44,531 nt of DNA from Gemmatimonadota bacterium (lineage in GTDB: Bacteria > Gemmatimonadota > Gemmatimonadetes > Longimicrobiales > Gaopeijiaceae), in assembly GCA_039589315.1 (NCBI GenBank), contig JBDHHQ010000039.1, forward strand, positions 1 to 44,531, given 5' to 3'. Below are positions 1-9,413 of the stretch, in pieces. Position 1 is the stretch's first letter; each line of letters begins with the position of its first letter. Both the position numbers and the translations under genes were made by a program. Below the pieces are notes generated by a model. It saw only the letters and a program-made list of their open reading frames with translations, had not been told where the DNA came from and did not search any database.

Positions 1-914
<914 letters not shown>

Positions 915-1002
915 CCCGCTTTGGTGCCTTCACCGAGGGATAGCCGGTCCAACATCCTTCGCGGTTCACTGCGCCCTCTTGACCCGGTCCTCCCGAATGA
1001 TG

Positions 1003-1626
1003 CTAGGCTGAGCCCGTCCGGTGTTGTCTTCCGTCTCGAAGCATGGTCAATCCGAGTACGAGCCAGAGAATCGAAGCGAAGGCTGATTGCGTTCTGAAGT
1101 AGTTGTCATGCAAAGACGGGGGAAACCGGTCTCCCCTCAGCGTCTCGATACCTGCCGCCACTGGGAGGAAGACCATCGGCAGCAGGCCGAGCGAGAGCGC
1201 TAGCGTCCGGTACCGGGTCGGTATGCCGGCTTCTCTTGTTCCCACTGAGAACGTGATCAGCCCCGCCATCATCAGGGCGGTTCCGGGGACGATGAATACA
1301 TTCCCGCTTCGGGCAAAACCAAGCCATGCTCCACCGAGGTGGCCAGTCGTCGAGAGAGTGAGACCGAGCACAACGAGCAGGAGCCCAAGCCGACTGCCGC
1401 GACCAATGCGGCCGGAGAACGCGCGGTACAGTCCGACCGCGGTGACAACGAGAGCGACTTGAGGAATGAACGTCAGCCCCGAGAATGAGCCGTAGCTCTT
1501 GTCTCCAGCCGCCCCCAGCCCCGTCAATGCGAAGGCTGCTGCAATGGACAGGCTCGAAAACGCAGCAAACACGGCCGCGATACCTCCGACACGGTATTCC
1601 CACCCTGCCTGTGCCACAGTGTTCAT
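1003..1626 (-). CDS. multi-pass membrane protein
   Basis: Hydrophobic helices throughout; likely start MNTVAQ at 1626; divergent from the PadR gene. Confidence 0.7.
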   Translation of the reverse strand: MNTVAQAGWEYRVGGIAAVFAAFSSLSIAAAFALTGLGAAGDKSYGSFSGLTFIPQVALVVTAVGLYRAFSGRIGRGSRLGLLLVVLGLTLSTTGHLGGAWLGFARSGNVFIVPGTALMMAGLITFSVGTREAGIPTRYRTLALSLGLLPMVFLPVAAGIETLRGDRFPPSLHDNYFRTQSAFASILWLVLGLTMLRDGRQHRTGSA

Positions 1627-1811
1627 GCCATTCAATCGATTTGGGCGCCCCCGGTCTATCCTTGGCTCCGCCCAACGGTCGCGTTCTGGGGCCCGTCCCA
1701 CCTTCCAACCGCACATTGTCGTGGACACCGTAGGTGCCACAACGTTGATCGAAAAGCTACCCACTCCCACGCGGTTCCCGCAATCGACCTCGACCCGGTA
1801 TCCCACGGAGC

Positions 1812-1840
1812 TGGCGAAACCGCAGATATCTTCCTATTCT
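1812..1840 (+). promoter_or_regulatory. putative sigma70 promoter with partial PadR operator
   Basis: TGGCGA-N17-TATTCT; contains AGATATCTTCCTATT (1824-1838), identical to part of the palindrome at 3236-3259. Confidence 0.55.
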
Positions 1841-1952
1841 TATGCGCGAGTGAAGTTCTCGTGCCCGAGTAGACCCACGAGCGAAGAGGTGAGCACGCCC
1901 ATCGGGCTTTTTCCCACGGACCACTCCCCACTCCATTCTCCGAGGGCATGGT

Positions 1953-2327
1953 ATGCGAAGAAAGCCGGGGACACTCCTCCCGCTCGAAATATCGATCTTG
2001 ATGGCCGGCCTGCAGTTCAGCGGCCCGGGCCGACCCGGGTTCCATGGTTTCGCGATCGCAAAGTCGATCCAGGAACACAAGGGAGCCCGGCTGCTTACGG
2101 CGCATGGGACCCTGTACAAGGCGCTCCAGCGCATGGAAGGGGCCGGGCTGCTGGCCAGTGAGTGGGAGGACCCGCACATCGCCGCCGAGGAGGGGCGGCC
2201 CCGACGTCGACTGTATCACGTGACCGGAGCAGGGGAGGCAGCGCTGGGGAGGGCCCGTGCCGCCGCACGCGCGTCTGCGCGCGGTCGGGATGACCCGGGG
2301 CTCGCGCCCGCCTTCGCTGCCGAATGA
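1953..2327 (+). CDS. PadR family transcriptional regulator
   Basis: FHGFAIAK...GTLYKALQRME..GLL...GRPRRRLYHVTGAG winged-helix signature. Confidence 0.92.
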   Translation: MRRKPGTLLPLEISILMAGLQFSGPGRPGFHGFAIAKSIQEHKGARLLTAHGTLYKALQRMEGAGLLASEWEDPHIAAEEGRPRRRLYHVTGAGEAALGRARAAARASARGRDDPGLAPAFAAE

Positions 2328-2343
2328 AGGCAGGAGAAGCAAC

Positions 2344-3225
2344 ATGTCCCTTCAGGTGCTGGTTGCCGGCGCCGCGGGCGCCCTGGGCGGCCACGTCGTA
2401 CGTGAGTTGACCCGGCGGGGGCACCGTGTCAGGGCCCTCGTTCACGATCGCCCGCTTTCCGCAGACCTCACCGGCGCCGTCTCCGTACACCGGGCCGACG
2501 CTCTCGACCCCACCCAGCTCACCACTGCCTGCGAAGGGGTAGACGTCGTCTTCTCCAGCCTCGGCGCCAGCGTGGTACCTCAGATGGGGCGGGGCCGCCG
2601 CAGCTTTCACGCCGTGGACGTGCCCGCCAATCTCAACCTGATCGATACCGCGGCTCGCGCGGGCGTCGGACGGTTCGTGTACGTCGGCGTAGCGGGTGCA
2701 GACCGCTTCGGTCACCTGGCGTACGTCCAGGCGCACGAGGCCGTGGCGGACGACCTGCGCTCGCGTGGGATGAGGCACGCCGTGATTCGCTCCCAGGGAC
2801 TGTTCTCCGCGTTCGGCGAGATCCTGTCCATGGCAGAGAGGGGGGCGGTCCCCATGGTGGGCGACGGCTCAGCGCGGACGAATCCGATCCACGACGCCGA
2901 CGTCGCCGCGATCTGCGCGGATGCAGTCGAGGGGAAGGTGGACGACGTGGAGCCCGGAGGACCGGAGACGCTGACCCGTAGGGATTGTGTGGAGCTCGCA
3001 TTCCACGCTCTGGGGAGGCCGATGAAGACGCGGACGATCCCTGCCGGGATGATGCGGCTCACGCTCCCGCTCATCCGGCCAATCAACCCACGAATGGCGG
3101 AGCTCACGGCGTTCTTTCTCGAGGTCTCAACCCACGATCTCATCGTTCCGTCCATCGGGACCCGGACGCTCGGAGCGTACTACGAAGATCTGGTGAAGCC
3201 CGCCTCTGCCGGGGATGACACATGA
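2344..3225 (+). CDS. NAD(P)H-binding atypical SDR (NmrA-like) oxidoreductase
   Basis: VLVAGAAGALGGHVV Rossmann motif; AGGAG ribosome-binding site before ATG 2344. Confidence 0.88.
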   Translation: MSLQVLVAGAAGALGGHVVRELTRRGHRVRALVHDRPLSADLTGAVSVHRADALDPTQLTTACEGVDVVFSSLGASVVPQMGRGRRSFHAVDVPANLNLIDTAARAGVGRFVYVGVAGADRFGHLAYVQAHEAVADDLRSRGMRHAVIRSQGLFSAFGEILSMAERGAVPMVGDGSARTNPIHDADVAAICADAVEGKVDDVEPGGPETLTRRDCVELAFHALGRPMKTRTIPAGMMRLTLPLIRPINPRMAELTAFFLEVSTHDLIVPSIGTRTLGAYYEDLVKPASAGDDT

Positions 3226-3231
3226 CCACGC

Positions 3232-3260
3232 TTGCTAATAGGAAGATATCTTCCTATTAT
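3232..3260 (+). promoter_or_regulatory. sigma70 promoter overlapped by a perfect 24-bp palindrome (likely PadR operator)
   Basis: TTGCTA-N17-TATTAT; TAATAGGAAGATATCTTCCTATTA (3236-3259) is its own reverse complement. Confidence 0.75.
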
Positions 3261-3322
3261 GTCCGAGCGCATCCGAGCAGGGCTCGTTCGACGCCCGTAG
3301 CAGGGCCGCGTAGGGGGCCCAT

Positions 3323-4216
3323 GTGAGTGGCTCCTTGCCCGAGCGATCGAGCGCCGATCTCGAGTTCGCCGAGGCTCTATGCCGAGGGTGGGTACGTCTC
3401 TACACGTCCTTCCTCCACGTGGAGGTGAGGCAGGCCCGACGCGCGGAGCTGGAGTCGGACCAGTGGGAGCACCGACGGCACGCGCTCGTAACCGGTACTC
3501 CTCCGACCGCCACGGCAGTCGAGCTGCTGGTCCGCCTCCTGTTGGGGATTCCGGACGATCTGCTCTGGCGCTTCGGCGCGGCTGTGGCAGCCAGTCGAGC
3601 TGCGCACTATTCGGACATGGGCGACCGGAGTTGGGTCATGAAGATCTCCTCGAAGGCTGGACCGATCACGGTGCTGAGCGGGGTGCTGGTCGCTCTGCTC
3701 GTGGCATTCATTCTGGTGACCGTGCAAATCTTCCCCGGCGAGGGCGAATTGCCTCGTCCCCTCGAAATCCTCTTTTGGACGCTCGCGGCGGCCACGGGAT
3801 TGGTCGGCATGGCCACGGTGCTGGGGCTGCTGGCGCTGGAGAGGAACGGGCGAGCGGCCCGGCTGGGACTCTGGGGGTTTATGGCCGGGGCCGGCGTGGG
3901 CGTGGTCGTGGCGGTCCTGGCGATCGTACGGGCGCCAGGACCGTGGTGGCTGCTCCTCGCACCTGCCTACCTGATGGCCTTCGTCGGTTGGATGACCTTC
4001 GCTGTGATCAATCTCCGGGCACGTGCCCTCCCCCGCTGGAATGGGCTGCCCCTCGTGGTCGGGATGATCCCTGTGGGGATCACGGCTCTCGAATGGAACG
4101 ACGTCGGTTCGCAGTCGTTGGTTCTGTCCACCGGAATCGTCGTTTTCGCCGCAGGCTGGCTCCTTCTCGGGTACGCGGTCTGGAAGGCACCCGACCATCA
4201 CGAGCTCGTAGGATGA
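3323..4216 (+). CDS. PadR-associated membrane protein with N-terminal helical (HAAS/permease-prefix-like) domain
   Basis: WVRLYT...RRAELESDQWEH...LLLGIPDDLLWR N-terminus typical of PadR partner proteins, followed by about 6 TM segments. Confidence 0.75.
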   Translation: MSGSLPERSSADLEFAEALCRGWVRLYTSFLHVEVRQARRAELESDQWEHRRHALVTGTPPTATAVELLVRLLLGIPDDLLWRFGAAVAASRAAHYSDMGDRSWVMKISSKAGPITVLSGVLVALLVAFILVTVQIFPGEGELPRPLEILFWTLAAATGLVGMATVLGLLALERNGRAARLGLWGFMAGAGVGVVVAVLAIVRAPGPWWLLLAPAYLMAFVGWMTFAVINLRARALPRWNGLPLVVGMIPVGITALEWNDVGSQSLVLSTGIVVFAAGWLLLGYAVWKAPDHHELVG

Positions 4217-4268
4217 GCACGCCAGGGAAGGTCACCTATCTTATCAGACGTCCGCTCGCTGACTTGGC

Positions 4269-5399
4269 ATGAAACCGAACGTCGTGATCGTTGGCGCGGG
4301 CATCGGCGGGTTGACGGCGGCAGTAACGCTTCAGAGAGCCGGCTGCGCGGTGACGGTCCTCGAGCGTGCGGAAGAGATCTCCTCCGTCGGTGCCGGGATC
4401 GTGGTGCAGACCAATGCGATGATGGCCCTTGAGAACACAGCGGTCGCCGAGGACATATCGGCAACAGGTGTCCACATCCGCAGCGGAAGAATCAGCACTC
4501 GGTCGGGACGCGTGTGCATCGAGATCGACTATCCCGACGAACCGGTCCTCGGAGTCGCGATCCATCGAGCCGCCTTGCAGAGAATCTTGTACAAGCATGC
4601 TGGGCACGAGAACGTCCGCACCGGAGCCCCGGTAGTCGGGTATCGGCTGGAGCCCGACCGGGCGTTCGCCGTTTTGAAATCGGGCGAGGAGGTGTCAGGC
4701 GACCTGTTGGTGGGGGCCGACGGTGTCCACTCGATCGTGCGTGCCCAACATCTCGGCGACGGTCCGCCTCAGTATGCCGGGTATACCTGTTGGCGGGGGG
4801 TGGCCCCGCATGCCGACCAGTTCGAGTGGGGTTCGGTCTTCGAGATCTGGGGTTGCGGAAAGCGGTTCGGGGGCGTCCACGTGGACGAGCGCTTGTACTG
4901 GTTCGCGCCCGTCAACGCTGCGGCGGGCGGCATGGACGCCCCCGGACTTGCCAAGACAACACTGCTGGGGATCTATCGCGATTGGCCCGAGCAGGTCCGA
5001 GCCACCATAGAATCGACGGCTGAATCCGCGATCATTCGCAATGACATCGTCGATCGCCGATTCCGTCGCGATTGGGGGCGGGGGCGGATCACGCTGCTCG
5101 GTGACGCGGCACACCCCATGACTCCGGACATGGGACAAGGGGCATGCCAGGCCATCGAAGACGCGGTCGTCCTCGGGCGTTTCATCCGTGAAACCCGTGA
5201 TCCCGTTGAGGCGTTTCGCCGCTACGAACGACGGCGCGTAGCCCGCACGCGCTGGTTCGTCGCTCGTAGTCGCAGGTTCGGCAAGGTGGCTCAGTGGGAG
5301 AGTCCGACGGCCCGGTGGCTTCGAGACCGGACTCTCAGGATCGTGCCACGATCCGTCCTGCGCCGGAATCTGGGACGCATGCTGCGGTTCCCCGGGTGA
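4269..5399 (+). CDS. FAD-dependent monooxygenase (UbiH/salicylate hydroxylase-like)
   Basis: GAGIGG, LLVGADG and LLGDAAHPMTPDMGQG motifs. Confidence 0.93.
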   Translation: MKPNVVIVGAGIGGLTAAVTLQRAGCAVTVLERAEEISSVGAGIVVQTNAMMALENTAVAEDISATGVHIRSGRISTRSGRVCIEIDYPDEPVLGVAIHRAALQRILYKHAGHENVRTGAPVVGYRLEPDRAFAVLKSGEEVSGDLLVGADGVHSIVRAQHLGDGPPQYAGYTCWRGVAPHADQFEWGSVFEIWGCGKRFGGVHVDERLYWFAPVNAAAGGMDAPGLAKTTLLGIYRDWPEQVRATIESTAESAIIRNDIVDRRFRRDWGRGRITLLGDAAHPMTPDMGQGACQAIEDAVVLGRFIRETRDPVEAFRRYERRRVARTRWFVARSRRFGKVAQWESPTARWLRDRTLRIVPRSVLRRNLGRMLRFPG

Positions 5400-5481
5400 C
5401 TCCCCCCGGGCGATTCAGAGGTCGCGAGCGACGAGTTGAAGGACGACCAGGTCCCGGTGTTGTACTCCCTCCGATTGGCGA

Positions 5482-5608
5482 GAGGCTGGGGCTGGAGCGG
5501 GACGGGCGTTCCTTCTCGACGGAGGACTCGCTCCCCGAAGTCGAATGCGAAGGGCCCGAAGTCGAATGCGAAGGGCCCGAAGCGCGCGGCCTGCCTGGTC
5601 TCGTCCAT
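5482..5608 (-). pseudogene. N-terminal fragment of a CadC/OmpR-type winged-helix protein
   Basis: MDETRQAARFGPFAFDFGPFAFDFGERVLRREGTPVPLQPQP, then similarity is lost. Confidence 0.65.
5534..5582. repeat. 21-bp tandem duplication (2.3 copies)
   Basis: CCCGAAGTCGAATGCGAAGGG x2 followed by CCCGAAG. Confidence 0.9.
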
Positions 5609-6109
5609 GCCCTCTCCCGATATCGTGCCTCGGAGAGACACCGCGGGGGGGGAAGAGGGTCCGCTGGGGTCGCCCTGGCCGCGCCTTCCAGCCCGACGAC
5701 GTCCGCCTCGTACGCGGACGCGTGGCCGAGCTTGGCATACCGCCGTCGTCGCCGATGGCACACCGCGGTTCTGGTGGTCTGGGAAGGAGCCGCGGATCCA
5801 CGGATTGACTGGAAGCCCGCATCGACATCGTTTTCAGAAGGTTGACCCGACCGCGACCCGCCAGGTGAGGCCATGGAGTTCGTCTTGCGTGGATCTCTCG
5901 ACTTCGACGATCTTTTCCATCAGAGGAAGCTCCTTTCCGGTTCCGGTCCTGCTCACGCAGGCCTCGGACTCCCGGGTTCATGTGACGATGACGATGATCA
6001 AGGAGCTTCCTCTTTCTTTTCCGGGCTGTCGACCCCTCCGGACGCCCTCACCCTCTTTTACACAATTCTAGGGACACTACCGATGCAGGGCTGCGAGGGC
6101 TCAGGGTTC

Positions 6110-6306
6110 CGCCGCCCATCGCCCCATCCGCCCGGCGCGCGCTCGCATCGTCGCAGCTCCCGCACCAATCCGCGCCTGCACACCGGCCTTGCACGGGGGT
6201 TCCTGGTCCTGACCAAGCTCACTCCCGAGGCACTTCGCCACCTCAAAGGGCCTTTGAAATCCCTTTCCTCAAGGGGCCCCCGAGGGGCTCTTGAAATCCC
6301 TTTGCC
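6110..6306 (+). mobile_element. 3' (oriIS-like) end remnant of an IS91/ISCR-like element, with the terminal motif in two copies
   Basis: AAAGGGCCTTTGAAATCCCTTTCC (6245-6268) and GGGGCTCTTGAAATCCCTTTGCC (6284-6306). The preceding ~130 bp shows patchy similarity to 30936-31036, which follows a transposase C-terminus. Confidence 0.6.
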
Positions 6307-6500
6307 TTGTAGTCGCCTTCCCAGGTGTGGACCACGTCCCCACTGACAGCCTCGAGCGGATAAGTGGTCGAGCTCATGAGGGGGCTGTAGTAGACGTACC
6401 CGCTCGCACCTCCAGGAAAGACGACGACGAGTCCGCGCGGCACGTCCGACGTGCCACAAGCCGTGAGCAAGGCGATCACCCAGAGTGCCGGCCGCAGCGC
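6305..6500 (-). pseudogene. N-terminal fragment of an arylsulfotransferase (ASST)-like lipoprotein
   Basis: LWVIALLTAC lipobox; GYVYYSPLMSSTTY...GDVVHTWEGDY resembles ASST N-termini; similarity ends at the oriIS-like motif. Confidence 0.6.
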
Positions 6501-6723
6501 TCTGAGAAGGGAGGATGGCGGGTTTGTCGTCGGACGAGTCCCTCGTGTCTGGCCTGACGTGTCGAAAACCGTAGCACCACAGGTAGGGATATGGCACGGT
6601 AGGGCTCTCACGAAGCCCGTGGCCACCGACGACAGTCCGACGCAGACCCGCTTCCTGGCGTCGGGTCGTGGCTTGAGCCAGGTTCTGACGCATCGAATCC
6701 CACCGTGATGGAGCTAGCCTGAC

Positions 6724-8181
6724 GTGCACGCAATCCGCTCGTTGATCATTGCAGTCGTTTTCGGAGCCCTTTCGCCACTCGCAGCGCAGATCCCCACGGA
6801 CGAGTATGCGGCGCGGCGCGCCGCCCTGGCGGACCGGATCGACCGGGGCGTCGTGATCGGATTCGGTGGCCGCGCCCCGGTCCGCCACTGGCCGCCTTTC
6901 TACCAGCTGCCGGCCTTCCGGTATCTGACGGGATTCCTCGAGTCTGACGCGGCGTTCGTGATGGTGCGTCACGGCGAGGACCTCACGTCCACTCTGTTCG
7001 TGGCTCATCCCAACCCCCGAACCGAGCTCTATGACGGAGTGCGAGTGACCCTGGAGCAGGTCTCAGCGCGCCTCGGGCTCGAGGCACGGTACTCCGACAA
7101 GATGGCGGGCTACGTGGACTCCCTCGTCACCGCTGGATTCCCCGTGTACTCGATCAGCGATTTTCAGTCCAATGAGTACAGTGCTCGGGATTCGCTCACG
7201 GTCGGCCGAATGTTCGTGCGCACCTTGGAAGCTCGGCACCCGGGGCTCGAGGTCACCGAAATCAATCAGTGGGTCGATCAGCTGCGAGCCAAGAAAAGCG
7301 ACGCCGAGGTCGAGCTGCTGAAGGTCGCCTCCGAAGTGTCCTCCCGGGCGCACGAGGCCGCCATCCGCGCGATCGCGCCCGGCGTCACGGAGAACGAGAT
7401 CCAGGCCGTCATCGAGTCTTCGTACCGGCGCCGCGGCGCCGACTCCCCCGGCTACTCCTCGATCGTGGGGTCCGGGCCTAACTCGACGGTGCTCCACTAT
7501 CCAGCGGGTACGCGCACGGCACGGTCCGGTGAGGTCGTGCTGATGGACGTGGCTGCGTACTACGACGGCTATTCCGCAGACATCACGCGGACGGTTCCGG
7601 TCGATCCGACATTCTCTGCAGAGCAGCGCGACGTCTACGAGATCGTCCTGGCGGCCCAGAAAGCGGCCGAGCGTCAGATCGGGGACGGTGCGCCCCGCTC
7701 GCTGCCCTCGGACTCTGCCTACGTAGTCCTCCGGGATGGTCTGGTCCGCCTTGGACTGATCGAAGCTGTGGACGCCACCTTCGACCCGCCCCCGGGTCTG
7801 TGCCCCGGCACCTGGGCCAACGCGGACGGGTCGTGCCCCCAGTGGTACCTCTACATCTACCACGGCTTCATCCACGGAATCGGACTGGACGTACACGATC
7901 CGTCACAGTTCTCGTCGGTCGAGCCGTTCGTCTTTCAGCCGGGAGACGTCTTCACGATCGAGCCCGGGATCTATGTGCGAGAGCTCGTATTCGACGGCCT
8001 CCCCGACACCGCGAGCAATCGAGCCCTGATCTCCTACGCGCAGGAGGCTGCTGTCCGGTACAGGAACGTCGGCGTCCGGATCGAGGACGACTACGTGCTC
8101 ACGACCGAGGGTCTGGTCCGGATCTCCGATGCGCCCCGCGAGATCCACGAGATCGAGGCGCTACGAAAGCCGGTGTCGTAG
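6724..8181 (+). CDS. secreted Xaa-Pro aminopeptidase (M24B)
   Basis: Signal peptide; LMDVAA..DGYSADITRT, HGFIHGIGLDVHD, TIEPGIY and GVRIEDD motifs. Confidence 0.93.
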   Translation: MHAIRSLIIAVVFGALSPLAAQIPTDEYAARRAALADRIDRGVVIGFGGRAPVRHWPPFYQLPAFRYLTGFLESDAAFVMVRHGEDLTSTLFVAHPNPRTELYDGVRVTLEQVSARLGLEARYSDKMAGYVDSLVTAGFPVYSISDFQSNEYSARDSLTVGRMFVRTLEARHPGLEVTEINQWVDQLRAKKSDAEVELLKVASEVSSRAHEAAIRAIAPGVTENEIQAVIESSYRRRGADSPGYSSIVGSGPNSTVLHYPAGTRTARSGEVVLMDVAAYYDGYSADITRTVPVDPTFSAEQRDVYEIVLAAQKAAERQIGDGAPRSLPSDSAYVVLRDGLVRLGLIEAVDATFDPPPGLCPGTWANADGSCPQWYLYIYHGFIHGIGLDVHDPSQFSSVEPFVFQPGDVFTIEPGIYVRELVFDGLPDTASNRALISYAQEAAVRYRNVGVRIEDDYVLTTEGLVRISDAPREIHEIEALRKPVS

Positions 8182-8241
8182 GACGAGGTCCTGTTTGCGC
8201 GCTGCGTTCGCCGCGGAGCGCTCGAGTACGAGCGGTGCCCC

Positions 8242-9324
8242 TCAGCGGTCGAGCCGAATCAAGGCGTTCCCGAGCCCGGTCAGATACACCGGTCCTTGAT
8301 CGGGCGACAGGATCATGCCGGTGATTGCACCGGGGGCGGGACTCCACAGCGGCGGTCCCATCAACTGGAGCCACGGCTCCCCGGCTTCACGCAGGGCCGT
8401 GATGTCGGCGACTGCCTGCTCGCTCTCCGGCGTGGAGATGCGGAAGACCGACTGAGTGGTGCCGGCGGCCGGATCGTATACCACGATCTCGGACAGGAGC
8501 GGCTCCGCCACCCAGAGCCGACCCTGGTCGTCGACCTCGACGTTGTCGGGACCGTTCACCTCGAGCACCACGGTACGCTCACTCAACCCGCCGGCCGCAT
8601 CCATTTGGAACCGGAGGACCCGGTTGCCCATCGTCTCCGCCACGTAGAGCACTCCCGCCGCCTCGTCGAGAGCGAGGCCGTTGGCGAATACGAGGCCGTC
8701 CACAAGAGGCACTGCCGACCCCGCACCACCCCCCGACGGCAGGTAGAACAGCGCGCCGTCCTGCGTGCCCATCGCGACCGCCCCCCAAAGCTCGGCTTCG
8801 TTGGTGTTACGGGTGGACTGCGAGAACCAGATCCCCCCGTTTCGGTCCGACCGCGCGGTGTTGACGCCGAACTCGTGCTGGTAGACGAGCGTGGTAGTCT
8901 CGGTGGCGACCTCGACCCGGTAGATCGCGCCGGTGAAGACGTCGGTCACCAGAATGTGGGTCCCACCGGGCTCCAGACTGACCCCATTGGCACCGCCGGC
9001 CTGCTCCGGTGGCCGGTGCTGATAACCGGCCTGGGCGAATTGCCCAAACGGTCGGTGCGTCCCGTCTGGCGACACTACCCGGACCCCGTGGGCTTGGTCG
9101 GCTACCACCAACCGGCCATCCGTGAGGGCCACCCCGTCCTCGGCCCTGAGCAGCGACTCATCGACCGGGAAGACCATGTCGGGCGTGAAGGTCCAGCTCG
9201 GGAGCGCCGCCGTGGCCTCGGGCCCGGGATCGGCCGGTGCCTCGTCGGGTCCGGAGTCGGCAGGCGTACAGGCGACGAGCACCAGAGTCAGGGCCAGACA
9301 GCCCCGCGCGATTCGGTGGATCAT
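8242..9324 (-). CDS. SMP-30/gluconolactonase family lipoprotein
   Basis: LVLVAC lipobox; FANGLALD, GPDNVEVDDQGRLWV; GGAGG before ATG 9324. Confidence 0.85.
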   Translation of the reverse strand: MIHRIARGCLALTLVLVACTPADSGPDEAPADPGPEATAALPSWTFTPDMVFPVDESLLRAEDGVALTDGRLVVADQAHGVRVVSPDGTHRPFGQFAQAGYQHRPPEQAGGANGVSLEPGGTHILVTDVFTGAIYRVEVATETTTLVYQHEFGVNTARSDRNGGIWFSQSTRNTNEAELWGAVAMGTQDGALFYLPSGGGAGSAVPLVDGLVFANGLALDEAAGVLYVAETMGNRVLRFQMDAAGGLSERTVVLEVNGPDNVEVDDQGRLWVAEPLLSEIVVYDPAAGTTQSVFRISTPESEQAVADITALREAGEPWLQLMGPPLWSPAPGAITGMILSPDQGPVYLTGLGNALIRLDR

Positions 9325-9413
9325 GCGATACCTCCATGAGTGCTGTCTGTGCAATCCGATCTTCAGGCTCGCCACGCTCGACATCGGCGCCCAATCGCCG
9401 GACGCCCCCTGCC

